Assembly (NCBI GenBank): GCA_028534125.1
Contig: CM052825.1
Span: 25,978,001-26,042,000, forward strand
Direction of reading: 5' to 3'
Source of the DNA: Lama glama
Taxonomy: Eukaryota
Length of the DNA: 64,000 nt
The notes beneath the pieces are model-generated. The model did no database searches. It was not told the origin of the DNA and saw nothing but the letters and a program-made list of their open reading frames with translations. Both the position numbers and the translations under genes were made by a program. Positions 13,611 through 32,100 of the stretch are shown here, piece after piece; position 1 is the stretch's first letter, and every line of letters starts with the position of its first letter.

Positions 13611-13770
13611 CCTTCGGGGAGTGATGGAAATGTGAGCTATATTGATTGTGGTGGTGGTTTCACTGGTATACGTGCATCTATCAAAATTCATCTATCGTAC
13701 ATCTGAAATATGTGTACTTTACTGTATAGGAATCATACTATAATAAAGGTGTTAAAAAGAAGAAAAAATC
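13611..13770 (+). mobile_element. Older L1M-type 3' end with AATAAA and A-rich tail
   Basis: ggggagtgatggaaatg...attgattgtggtggtggtttcactggt...aataaagg...aaaaagaagaaaaaa. Confidence 0.7.
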
Positions 13771-14299
13771 ATCTTCAGAAAGTAGGACCCAAGATGGAAA
13801 AGACACAAGTGAAGTTTAATCAGGAAACCCAATCTCTTTTGTCTTCTGTAAGGGGCACAGCCCTGGACCTGTCTTCAGATGGGGGGAAGGGGAAGGGCAC
13901 AATGGTCCAGCCACTTCTTGTCCCCACCCCCTGCCTTTGGCCCAAAGCTCTGCCTTCTTACCCCCTTCACATATACTGGCCACCTGGGACCAGGAAGGAG
14001 GAGTAGAGCCCTGAGAATTCTGCTCTGGGGTCACTGGCTTTTTCACCCATGCCCCACAGTCCCTCTAATACAAGAAGCCCACAAAGGAGGGCAATGCCCG
14101 GCATCTGCAGTGGGACAGGACACAGGGTTCTGGGTCCCGAGGACCCAGTCTTGCTGCTCCGGCAGAGGCATGGCAGGGAGAAGACTGTCCTCAGAAGGAA
14201 AGCTGAGACAGAAAGAAGCCACCCACTCCCCACCCCAAGCAGGTGGCCCCACACCAGCACCCTGTGGGCCCTGATATCAGACCAGGGGGTCCTGGGGAC

Positions 14300-19700
<5,401 letters not shown>

Positions 19701-20113
19701 GGCCTTCAGCCCTCGCACTGCTGCCGCCAGGTCAGGGTCTGTGGCCTGGCCGGGAGCGGGAGGTATGGGGGTTGGGCAGAAGCTGAGCTCAGGCAACGCA
19801 GGAGGGCCAAGCCCAGGCAAGAGTCCAGACTGACCAGCAGACAGTGTCACATTGCAACACCCACATTTATTTGAACTGTACAAGGTAAAACACAAAAAAC
19901 CCTCAGGAAAAGAAGCAACAAACACATCACCTATGTTCAAGGTCTTGACTCACATAGTCCTGGGCCAGTCTAGGGTGGAGGGGTGCAGCCCCCCAGCCAC
20001 CCTGACCCAGCATGGGGCCCGTGGCCAACCCAGCTGCCTGGCTGAGCCTTTGCCTGGGCCAGGCGCCTAGCTGCCCCACAGGGCACGCCTGACCCTGCGG
20101 TCCCTACCGCAGC

Positions 20114-23100
20114 TCAGTGGCTCATGACCTCCCACACCAATATCTCATTGTGGGCGACGGTGAAGAGCAGCCGGCTGGATGGCGCAAACCTGCAGAGCTT
20201 CACCGAGTCGTCATGGCCAGCAAAGTCCTGCACGGCCCCAGACACACAGTCCACCAGTGTCAGCACACGCTCTGTAGGCAGACAGCCCAGGGTGAGGTGG
20301 GGCAGTGCAGGTAGGGTGCCATTGGCCCTGTGTCTGTGTGGCTTCAGGACCCAGAGGTCCTCCAGCCCACCCTGGCTCTGTCTCCAGCTGGGTGCCATGC
20401 CTCATGGGGGAACCCAGCACCCCACCCACCTCATCTCCTGACCCTATGACCCCCCAGAGCAGGTGTCCTCATTGCACTTCAGGGAGGAGAAACCCAGGGC
20501 CCAATGGTGAGAGGCATGACTCAGTGTGGAGACATGGGTGTACCCACTCAGCCCTACTCAAGACAGGCTAGAGTCCACACCCATCAGCACTCACCAGCAA
20601 AGCCAATGGCCACAAGGCGGGCCCTGGGGGACAGGCTCACAGACATAGCAAAGAAAGGCAGTGGGATCTTCTTCACCACCTGCAGGCAGCAAGCACAAGG
20701 CACTGGGGGGTTTCCCACAGCCCCACCCCTCCCCAGCCCTAGGTCCCTCGGGCTCCCAGCACCACATGGAGGGGTGCACCTGCCTGCTTCTGGTAGAGGC
20801 TGTAGAAGACCACCTCAGGGTGCACGCCAAGGCCCACACACACCAGCAGTGCCTCATCCCAGGGGCAGAAGGCAGCAAGGGTGGGTGGCAGGTAGCCAGA
20901 AGCCTGCAGAGGACACAACACATTCATGTTGTAGCACGGTGGGCAGCATCCTGCCACAGGGCCACCAGGGCTCTTACCTCTGTGACGACGGGTGCAGGGA
21001 AGCTAAGCCAGTCCACGAGCTCACAGTGATTCCGCAGCCAGTCAGAGGCCCAGACGCTCACCCGCTGGTCTCCACTGGCGGCCAGCCACAGGTCCATGCC
21101 CTCTGCCCTGAAGTCTCCGTACTGGGGAGGTAAGGGTTGGTGGGTACCTCCCACTCCACTCTGCCTATCTCCTTCCCTGCCTGCATCCCCAGGACGGGCC
21201 CTGCCGGCTCATGAGGCCACTTCACCTCTTTTCTCGTGCTCTGGATGGTGCAGATCCCAGCGCCTCGGTGGTCACTCAGTACACGGAAGGTCATCCCCGT
21301 GCGAGGACGGCTCACAGCCACGAGCCCGTCCTTGTCTCCAGAAAGGATGGTCTGCCCTGGGCCAGGCAGGAGCCGTGCTGTTATTTGTGAGCCCCTGACC
21401 CTCAGCCCAAAGGTGTGATCTGGGCCGGGCAAAAGCCACGCTGTCACTGCATGAGCCCCGCCCCTCACCATCAGCAGAGAAGGCAATGGCTGTCAGTGCA
21501 GCCTGGTGGGGGTGCATCTTGAGCTCCATCGCCGTTCGGGAAACGCTGAAGACCCGTAGGGTGCCATCACTGTAGCCCGCCACCACCTGCTGCTGCTCTG
21601 GGCGTCTGCAGGACGGGGGGCTCCAAGCCAGGCAGAGGCAGCTCTGGGGACCCATGGTGGGAAGATATCAGCACTCCCCTGGGAAGGGGAGATGGGGGCC
21701 TAAGCCCAAGGCTGCAGACAGACAGCAAGGCTGGAGGAGGAACAGGCAGGGCCAGGACCTGGTCTGGGCTCCACCCTGAGCACGCACTCCCAGGCCCAGG
21801 TACCCCTGCCCTCTATACCTGGCTTAACACCTGGAACTGGATCAGCAGCTCCATGCTGGCCAAGGACCACACCCTCACGCTCCCGTCATCACTGCACGTG
21901 GCGCAATGGGACTCGCTGGGGCTGAAGACCACCTCGTTCACCTGCAGGAAGCCAGTGTTTTGTTTGAGGCCACACAGCCATCAGGCAGAGAGGGGACACA
22001 GTGTGGCCAGGTTGTTCACCAGGGCATTGATCTCCCCCTCAAGTCTGCCTGGCCCCAACCCCTCCATGTGACATGAAGAAACTGTCCCAAGTGTCCCCAG
22101 ATTAGACCAGAAGGGAGTCCAAATTACAAGAAGCCCACTGGTCATTGAACATGACTGTCTACTTGCTAGGACACAGAAGGAACTGTCCTGACAGAATCTA
22201 AAACACAGTGATCCCAGAGGGCTACAGACTGAAGCAAAGGAGAGGGGCTCATCACAGCGGGAGGGGGTGGGGGGAAGGGGGCTGAGACTGTCTCGTGCGT
22301 GCACATGTGCACGGATATACGCACTGTGTCTATCAAAGGAAAATCAGGATCTTCAGTGTAAGAAAAAGAATACAGACACCAGGCACCATGGGACGAAATA
22401 AAACAGCCTAATGCTGAATTTGAATTTCAAGTGTAAGTATGAACTTATGCATTTCATCCTAAAGAATAATGATTTAGCTCTGTTTGGCTGAGAAGAGATG
22501 GGACCCTCTGGGCCTCAGACTGTGACCTCTAAGTTCAATTCCCATTGGCAAGGCCATGGGCTCTGGGACAGCCAAGTCTGGTCCTGGGTGGAGCTGCAGG
22601 GGGACAGCCTGGAGCACCTGTGGTCCACAGGAGAGGGAGGTCACCAGTGACCATCAGCTCAGGTCAAGGACTAACTAACCCCTGAGCTCACCCTGGTGGG
22701 TAGATAAACACATGTCCTATCTGTACCGCAGAAGCGTATTTAGCAATAAAAAGGAGTAAAGCAGTGACACTACAACTCGGGTGGACCTTGAAAACATGAT
22801 GCCCCAGTGAGAAAAGCCAGACAGGAGTGTGTGTTTCTGTCCACATGAGCCATCAGAATAGGCAAACCCACAGACACAGGGTCAGCTAGTGCCTGCCAGG
22901 GGCTGGGGTGCTAAATGGGGGTGAGTATTTAATGGGTATGGTATTTCCTTCTGGAATGGAAGTGACTGGGACAAGGGTTGTATGGTTCTGTGAACGTTTC
23001 AAAAACCACTAACTTTAAACAGGTGAGTGTGTGGCACATAAATTATACTTCAATATAAAGCTGTTACCAAAAAAAGGGAAAAGCACATAATTGTCACCAC

Positions 23101-26100
23101 TTCAGGTGGGAGTTCCTTTGATGGTTACTTTTATGTCCAAACAAACACAGACTCTTGGGAAAGAAGTCTCTGGGGCCAACTTGAAGAACCCGCCACTGGC
23201 CGAGGTCAGGACTCCACGAGCACTAAGAGAAGTAACAGCAGGGAAGCCGGACCCACGTTCCCACCCACCAGCCCCTAAAGACACTTGGAGAGTAATGGCT
23301 GCTGTTGGCAGATGCTGGGGACCTGGTCCACAAGGACAGACTTGTCCACCTGTGCCCCTTCCAAGCCTCAGGAAACCCATGAGCTCGCGAGGCCGCATCC
23401 CTCCTGAAGGAACGACAGCTCTGACTACTGCCCCCTAAAACCCCCGCCCTCAGACAAGGGCATCACCAAGAGGCACGAGCCCTCCGTGCTTCCTCGTGGG
23501 ATGCACAGTGTTCCCAGGAGGAGGTGATGTTGGGACTGACCAGTGTTAACCAGACCCTGGCCTGGCCTCCAGACCTCTTGGACGCCAGAGAAGCAGGTCC
23601 AACAATGGTCATGGAGACTCCAGGGCAGATGACCTGATTTTTTTCCACAATTACAAAGGAAAAGAAGTGGCAGAAAAGAGGGAAGACTGAGAAGACCACA
23701 AGGCTCAGGGCTGTGAGTGGACACAGCATGGACCCCGTGCCCACAGGTGTGTGCAGTCCTCATCCAGGAACTCCTGGGACTTCCCAACTGGGCGTGGGCA
23801 CGGAGTACCTGGGGGGGGAATAGAGGGCTGGCTGCCTTGCCTGCACCAGGGGGAAGCCCCTTGGAGGCTTCTGCAACCTTACCTGGCTCCTGTGGCCACT
23901 GATGAGGCGGGTGCTGGTGCCCTCGGCCCAGCTGACGTACCAGAGAGTGCCAGCCGTGGTGCCCACCACACCCATATCCATGCTGTCGTGGAAGACCGCG
24001 CTCACGACAGCCCCATCAAGGGTCAGCTCATGCTCCATGAACACAGAGTGAGACCTAGTGGGGCAGTGGGTCAAAGGGGTGGCAGTAGTGAGAGCTCAGG
24101 GAGCCAAATGGTTTGGCCCCTGGGCCCTGGCCTTGCCTGAGCATGTCCCACTGGGGACAGGCCCAGCTGGTGGCAAGGAGCTGGCTCACCTGGCACCGGA
24201 GCCCTTGCACCTCAGCTCTGGCACAGCCCCCACGGCCCACAGGCGCAGACGCCTGGTGTTGCTGCCGCTGACCAGCCGCGTACCTGAGCACAGCAGCACT
24301 CCTAGGGGCAGGAGGTGGTATGAGCCCTGTCTCCAGGTACCTAGAACCCAACATGGGGTCCCAGGGAGAGCAGAACCCCGAGCTATCAAGGGCCACAGGG
24401 GTTCCATGAGATACCCACCAATCTCACCGTCGTCGGCCTCCCAGACCAGGAAGCAGCGGCCAGCACGTGTGTCCCAAACGCACACCTGCCCAGCATTGGA
24501 GCCGCAGTACAGCAGGGGCGCAGGCCCGAAGCAGAGCGAGGTCAGCTCGCACGCCCCCACCTCCTCCGGGATGGGCTCCTGGTGGATCTGGAGGGACATG
24601 AGGGCAGCGTGGGTCAACGATGCCCTAGGGCCCAGCCTGAGCCCATCTTCCAAAACCTCCTCTGAACCTAGGCACCTGGAGGCTGACGTCAGCCCCAAGC
24701 TGCAGCAGGAGCCACAAGGTGACAGCACCCCGGCCCACACAGGCGAGCACACCACCATCCCAGGGGTCGAAGGCCACGCCATGGACTGGCTCCGGGAGGC
24801 ACACAGAGGTCATGAGCTCACAGGTGGCTGTGCTCCACAGGGCCAGGGTGCGGTCACCATAGTCCCCTGGGGGAGATGCACAGAGTCAGCTACCCAGAGG
24901 TCCCAGTATAGGCAGGGGAGTCCGGAGGCCAGTGCCCCCCACCAACCTCCCTGCTGACCCAGTGTGACAAGAAACCCGTCATCTGGCGAGAAAGCCAGGG
25001 CTTGGACAGCAGTGCTGTGGTGAGAGATGAGCTGCCGGCAGGAGCCCCCTTGTACGTCCCAGAGGCGGATCTGGCAGTGCAAGGCAGTACTGCTCTGGAC
25101 GGAGGCAGAGGCCAGGATCTGGAAGACAAAACAGCAGGTGGTGAGCAGAGAGGGGGCGAGCCACGGGCCCACCCTTGCTCTGGGTTAAGGGTGCCCCTCA
25201 CAGCGCTCCAAAGGCGAGAACCAGAGGTGGTTCAAGGACCCAGCCTCTAAGGCGCACCTTGGCCCGGGGCGTTCAGGGTGGGGAGCGGGGTGGGCACCTG
25301 AGCATAGTGGCTGAGGGCCAGTGTGGAGATCTCCTCGGGGTGGCCGACCCAGTGCCGCTGGGCACCAGAGTGCAGGTCCTCCACCACCACCAGGCTGCCG
25401 CACGTGTAGGCGAAGAAGCCTGAGAGCAGGTAGGCAGTGCCATCAGCTGTGGCTGCAGTGCACCCCCCTGCCCCCACCCCAGACTCCTGATCAGGGGAGG
25501 CAAGTGTGTGAGAGCTGAAGCACCCAGTGCCACCAGGAGAACATGCCCACTCTGGGACCTGGCCTATAGGTGGTCGGAGCTGAGCCCCACCTTGCAGCTT
25601 CTGTGCTGCGGCCCCCACCTGTGTCTGGCCTCCAGACCATATTGGCCCGCCCGTTCCCATTGTAGCCCACGACAGCCTTCAGGTGCAGCCGCTCATCGCC
25701 AGTGGGGGATAAGGAGAGACCCTGTGAGGAAGTGGACCCAGGACACTGGTACCCCAGCACAGCCTGGCCACCCAACCCCTACCATCTCAGGCTCTGCCTG
25801 TCAGGCCGGGGCCTGGGATGGAGCCTTGGGAGGTATGTGCTCCCAGGAGGAGGCAAACAGAGGATTTTGGGCACCAAAGACAGTATAAGGTGGCCAGCCG
25901 GGGATGGGAGCTGGGTATGCAGACACAGAAGCAGATGGAGATGTGGGAGGCACCCGGGGCAGGGGGAGGCTGGGCAGGGACTGCAGGACCCAGGGGCTCT
26001 TAGGGAGTGACCTGGGCTGGGCAGGGCACAGGGGAGGATGCAGAAGAGGAGGTAGGAGGGAGTCAGGATGGTGGGTTGGAGAGGGTGGGCTCAGCTAGGA

Positions 26101-29100
26101 CATTGCCTGGATCTAGACGGCAAGACAGCAAGAGCCTTAACTAGCCTAGCAAGAGCACAGGGCTCAGGGCAGAGAGGTGACCCGTGTTGTGACTTGGAGC
26201 AACCCCAGCGAAACCCCATGGCATCTGTTTTTACTGGGGAGAAAGAGAATCCCCAGAAACTACAGGGCTGTGCTGCCCTGACCCCTGGGCCTCTGGGGGC
26301 TGTGAGGACCCCTCCAGCTGTGGCCAACCTTGGCCAGCGGGGAGGCCTTGTAGCGCGCCATGAAGTGCTTGTAGGAGTCTGGGCGGGTGGTGGACTGGAC
26401 CCTGGCTCTCCTGGTGCTGCAGGTAGCTGTTAGGGAGGGAGAGAGGCCACAAAATGTTATCAAACCACCTGTAACCAAACAGTGACTTGTCCCTGCAATC
26501 ACTTTACCCTGGCTGGCGAGATGCCTGGGGTCAGAGGGCACAGTGATCCATGTCCCACCGTCCACCTAGCCCAATAGGGCTGCAGGCTCTACATCTGCCC
26601 TGTAGGTGAGCATGCCTTATCTCATAGAGCAAACCCCAGGCTGTCAGGGGCACTGCCCATTCTGAAACCATCTGAAGTCCACGGGGCACATGCACCTGGC
26701 CCCTGATCCAGTTATAAATGAACTTGCCCCACCCTGCTGCACCTCCCCTGCTTACTGGGCCACCCATGGGAGTGGAAAGGCCTGCTGAGGTCCCAGGGGC
26801 CCCCTGTAAACCCTCAAGCCCCATCACCGGCCCTGCCAGCCTCCTTCTGCATAAGCACAGGTAGGCCTGAGGCCTGGCGGAGCTGCTCCAGGCCATGGCT
26901 CTTATCTGACATGGAGAAAGTGCCTGGGGAGGTAGGGGAGACAATGAGATGAGAGAACAGAGCCCCTCCCACCCCTCCCCTAGGTCTGAAGCAGCAAGGC
27001 GGTCAGGATGGGAGCTGGATGCCCATGCCCCCCAAAGCCCTCTCAGAATCCCTGCCCTCACCATCAAGGCCCTTGGAGGGCCTGGCACAGATGCCCAGCT
27101 GGGGTGGGGATGCCAAGGATGGCACAGGCACCTGCTGCCGGGGGAGCCCACTGGCCCCAGATACCACGTCCTCCAGCTGTCTTGCCCCGAGGCCTGAGGA
27201 TGGAAGGAACCAAGCTGTGCTTAGGGCCTAAAGAGATCATAGCATGTGGCAGGAGGCATGCCTGGCCCCTCACCCCCACCAGCCCCAGGAAAAGAACAGT
27301 GCTCGGCCACCCACAGCAGCTACAGTGCTAGCACTAGATGTCACCACAGAGTCTGCCAGTGTGGTGGGACCACTCACTAGCCTTGCACGTTGGAGGGGCC
27401 TTGAGCGAGCCTTGAACGCTGCAGAGGCAACAAGAGAGGGTGTCAGGAGAGGAGGGCACAGCAGGAGGCCTGGTAGATGCAGGTCAAGGGCAGGTACTTG
27501 CCTTCCTAGGGGGGACCTCTCAGTGGGGGCCAAAATGTCCCAGAGAAAGATGGCGTCTCCCACACTGAGGAGCTCCTGCTGGTCAGGGGTGAAGGCCATG
27601 GCCTGCACAGGCTCTGAGTGGCCGATGTATACCTGGGGGCAGCAGTATCACATACAGAGAGACCCCTGAGGCACAGCTGGGGACCCCACCGTCCTCCCAG
27701 CACCCAGGCCTGACAGAGAGTCTGGGGACCAACCAAGAGGCCCTCATGCAATGTCAGGCCCCAGCAGGCACAGGGGGAACCTGGGGGACTATCCTCCACC
27801 CTCCTTCCCACCCCCACCTTGCCATGCATCCGCCCAGGGCACACACCTGGCAGCTAGGGCTGGCCTGTGCCAAGTAGTCCCACACCTTGATGGCCCGGTC
27901 AGCAGCTGTTAGCAGGAAGCGGCCATCCCCACTGAGAGCTAGGGAGGAGCAGGCCACAGGGTGGACACAGCACAGCTGGGGGAGAAGATTAGAGCATATA
28001 GGACCACTAGACGGAGAAACCACTCTTCTCAGAGAATGCCACCTCTCAGGAGCAGCAGGTGGCCCAGGGCCCCCCTCCTCCAGGCACTGCAGGCACCAAG
28101 GCTGGACCCAGGAAGGATGGGGAGGCTAGGCTGCCAGCCACGGTCCTGGGCTCACCTCCCGGACCACACGGCCCGACGAGGCGTCTAGCACTGCGACCAT
28201 GTTTGATGACGTGGACACCAGCAGGTGGCCAGGGGGTGTGGGGCCGAAGCAGACAACCATGGCTGAGTTCAGGCGGCTGCCAGCCAGGTCCAGGGCGCTG
28301 ACATCAATCTTCAGCAGCTGAGGGAGAGCAGCGAGTGTCTCTGCCATGACCTCTGGGGAGAGCTTGAGCCCCCAGAGCCAAGGCCTGGGCTGTGGGCAGC
28401 CTTGGTCACCCATCCGGCACCCCACCCTGCCTGGCCCACCCATAGCTCATGCATCCTTTGTGCCCATGACGGGGGCAGGGCCAAGGTCCTCTTTGAAGTA
28501 AGCGTGGCCTCCCACTTTTGCCCTCACCATCCACCCTGGTGGATCCCAGGGGAGCCATGCAGCAACCAGTCTCAGGGGTACCCACTGGGTCTGTGGGCCA
28601 GGCTGGTGTGGCCCCATCCACACTGGACACACCTCATCCAGTGAAGCTGTGCCCATGACAGTCACCATGTACTTGGAGGGACCCACGAAGGCCAGCAGGC
28701 GGCTGTCCCCACTGACCGCCAGGGCACTGGGGCTCGGGCAGGCGTCCAGGCACACCACATTAGCTGCTGGCAGCACAAGGGGAGGCAGTCAGCTGGGCAG
28801 GCAGTGGGCACCACTGGCCAGGGACCTGCGACCTGCCCCCTCCCTCAACTACAGGTACCACCAGCCTGGGCTGGACAGATCCCGCAGCAGCCAGTGCATG
28901 GGGCCTGGATGTGAAGGCACCAAGACTTCAGTGGGCACTGCATACTGCCAGGATAGCTAGTAGTTCTCCTGGAGTGACCACCAAGTGACAGCCTGGCTAG
29001 CTAGAGTTACAGTGGCCATGGGAAAAAGCAGATGTCCTCAGGTGGGCCAACCCCTACTGCTGCTTATCTCCTCCTGGGGCAGGGTGGGCACAAACCCTCA

Positions 29101-32100
29101 CTGACTTAATTTTGGGGGATTGGTGAGTCCTTAAACCATCTGCCCCAGCAGTCTGGATAGTGAGGCTATGGAATGCAGTTTACCACTGTCAGCGGGTGCC
29201 AGACGAGCCCCACCCCTATGGGGACCTGACCAGGGGATGGCTGGGAGACCAGGGTGGGACAGGGTGTGGAGGCCTGACCTGCCATACGCAGGATTCGGCA
29301 CCAGGGGCCACCGATGTGGTACTGTGCCAGCGTGCCCTGAGAGCAGGAGCTGAACAGGAAGCTGCCGTCAGGGCTGGTGACCAGGCCGGTGATGGCTCCT
29401 TGGTGACATCTGTACCACACACAATGCCCACCACTGTGGCCCTGAGCTGTATCATCTCAGACCTCCCACAGTTCGTCTGGCTGAGTCCCCAAGGAGCAGC
29501 AGAAGGCAGGGCTTCCTGGAGAAGGACAGTCCTCCCCAGCCCTACCTGGATGCCCACACACCCCAGGGAAACCCACACACCACCCCAGCTTCCACCATGG
29601 GTATCTGTGGGGCCAGGGACCAGCCAGGCACTCACCTATGCTCCACCAGGACCTCAGCAGCCTCCAGGCTGAAGGAGCGGACAGCCCCACTACTGAAGCC
29701 ACAGAATAAGGTCGGCTGTGTGGGGTGGAAGGCGATGGCACACGGGGCCTCCTCCCGTGACGTGAAGTCGTACAACTAGAGGGTGGGGCCACGTGAGGAC
29801 AGATAGGGTAGGAAGACCAGCTAGCCACAAGGCCTGAGAGTTAGTCTTTCTCCCAGTAGCCTGAACCTTCACTCCCCAACACAGGCAGGACCCTGGGCCC
29901 CACCCACCAGGCCTCAGCTTAGTCTCACGTGGACTGTGGCCCTCTAGTCCCTCCCTCCTGGCCAACTCCCCTCCCATCACACCCTACCTGCTGCAGGGTC
30001 GCCAGATCCCAGATGCGGACAGTGTGGTCCTGGGACACAGTGGCCAGCTGTCCCCGGCTGCAGTCAGTGGCCAGGGCCACCACCAGGGCAGCATGGGACC
30101 GTACCAGCACACTGTACTCCTGGGAATGGACATCTAGGAAGCCCAGGTGGCCCAAGGAAGTGGCGGACAGCACACGCAGGCCATTAGGGCTGACGAGGAC
30201 GGAGCTGATGGGGCCCTCATGCTCTGTGGGCAGGATGGGCCAGTGACCACCCAGGCCTGAAGTGGGGTGGGCTTGGCACCGGGGCCAACTTGGGCAGGCT
30301 AACCACATCCAGGCTGCACCCCCTCCCAGGACACAGACGAACCTGTTTTCCTGCTGTCTGGAGCCCTGTCTCCCTGTGGGTTGGGACAGGCAGCTCCCCC
30401 ATGACCACCCACTCCTAGGCTCAGCAACAGTGGACCCCAGGCTCAGGATGTGGCCCCTTTGAGCCCCACATATTGCCATCCAGCCCAGAGACACTGCCCT
30501 CCTATGGCAACCCAGGTGGCAATGTGTTACCACAGCCCCACCTGCCTCCAAGAGCACAGAAGAGAAGTCCAGGGGCCAGAGGCGCAGGTAGCCATCCTCG
30601 GAGCCCACGGCACACATGGCCTGGGAGACACTGAGGCTGGTAATGGCGATGCCAGGGCCTGGGGTGTGGGGATGCAGGGTCAGCCCAAAGCATCAGGGCT
30701 GTTCCCCCAAACACAGTGGGGCCCACCTACCTGAACTGAAGGTTTGCTTCTGTGGAAGGGGGCCACCAGGGGTCTGCATGGGCAGGAGGCGGTGAGCATG
30801 CCGCACGGCCATGTGCTGGTGGTCAATCTCTAGGATGTGGCCACTGCGGCTACACACATAGCTGTTTGGAGAGGTAACAGGTGAGAGCTAACAAGGCAGG
30901 AAGGAGCAGGACCCCACCTGGCTGGTTAGGGGAGGGAGGGCAGTGCTCACAGTGTGTGGCCGTCCTGGGCCTGCTTAAAGGCCAGGTCAGTGAACTCCAG
31001 TGCGTGGTGCTCCCCCAGGTCCACAGGGCAGGAACGCAGCTCCCCGCCTCGCAGCCGCCACAGCCGCACACTGCCCCGGCCGCACGATGCCATCCTGCAA
31101 GGGGTGAGAGGGTGAGTCAGGTAGAAGGGGAGGGCTCATGACTTGGCCCATCCCAGCACCAAGGGTAGGCAGGTGGGCAGCTGGTCACCTGGTTTCATCA
31201 AAAAAGGCAACCTCAAATGCCTGGATGTCAACATCGGTGTGTGCCTTCGCGAGAATGACAGCCTCTCCACCTCGCCCCACCTGGTCTGTGGCCCACGCCA
31301 CCACCATCTGCAACAGGCCCACGTTGAGCACCCACTCACTTGTCCGCCTCCCTGTCTGGCCTCTCCCTACAAAGCTGGCCTGAGCCTTCAAGGAGCAGGG
31401 TGTAAGGAAGTCAGCCCCCACAGCCTGGAGGAACTTTACATGTGCCCACCCCAGGCTCCCACAGACACATCTGCAGAAACGAGAAGAAGATGCCAACCAC
31501 AAGTAGAAGAGAAGCCCTGGGTGAGACACCCAACTTCAGAGAAGCTGACACATATAACATGGCTGTCTCAGGCCTGCAGAACCAGCCACCAAAGAGGGTG
31601 AGGTGAGTCATTAAAAGGTTCGCTCCGTCCAGGAGGGAATAAAAACCGAGAAACTCCAAAGGATGTGTGGGGCAGGGGTGCCCAGTGGGGCTGGGGGAGG
31701 TCAGCGGGGGATGCTTGTTCCCTAAGCAGTTTGGACTCAGCTTGTACCCTGGAACAGGCGGCTCCACCTCCCTGGCCCAGCCCCAGTACCGTCCGCCCAT
31801 GGCGGTCCTTGCCGATGCCACAGAGCTGCGCCCCGCTGTCCGAGAAGCTGCAGACACAGAGGAGGTGGTCAGTGTTGTTGGGGCCGGCCCCCACCCGCCT
31901 TGGAGGCCCTGCACCCACCTGAGGGAGGAGATGGTGAGGACTGGGCTCTGGAACAGGGACAGGCACTCCCCAGTCTGGAAGTCCCAAAGGCGCAGCATGC
32001 TGGCGGGCCGCGCCTGGGCTGAGGCCAGCAGTAAGCCGCTCCCATCCAGGGCCAGGGCAGAGACCTGGCGAGGCAGCAGGTTTGGGGAGGGCACATGCCT

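Noticed and set aside
24058-24957. 299-aa plus-strand ORF, and similar ones such as 31667-32458
   Set aside because: Antisense shadows of GC-rich WDR90 exons and short introns
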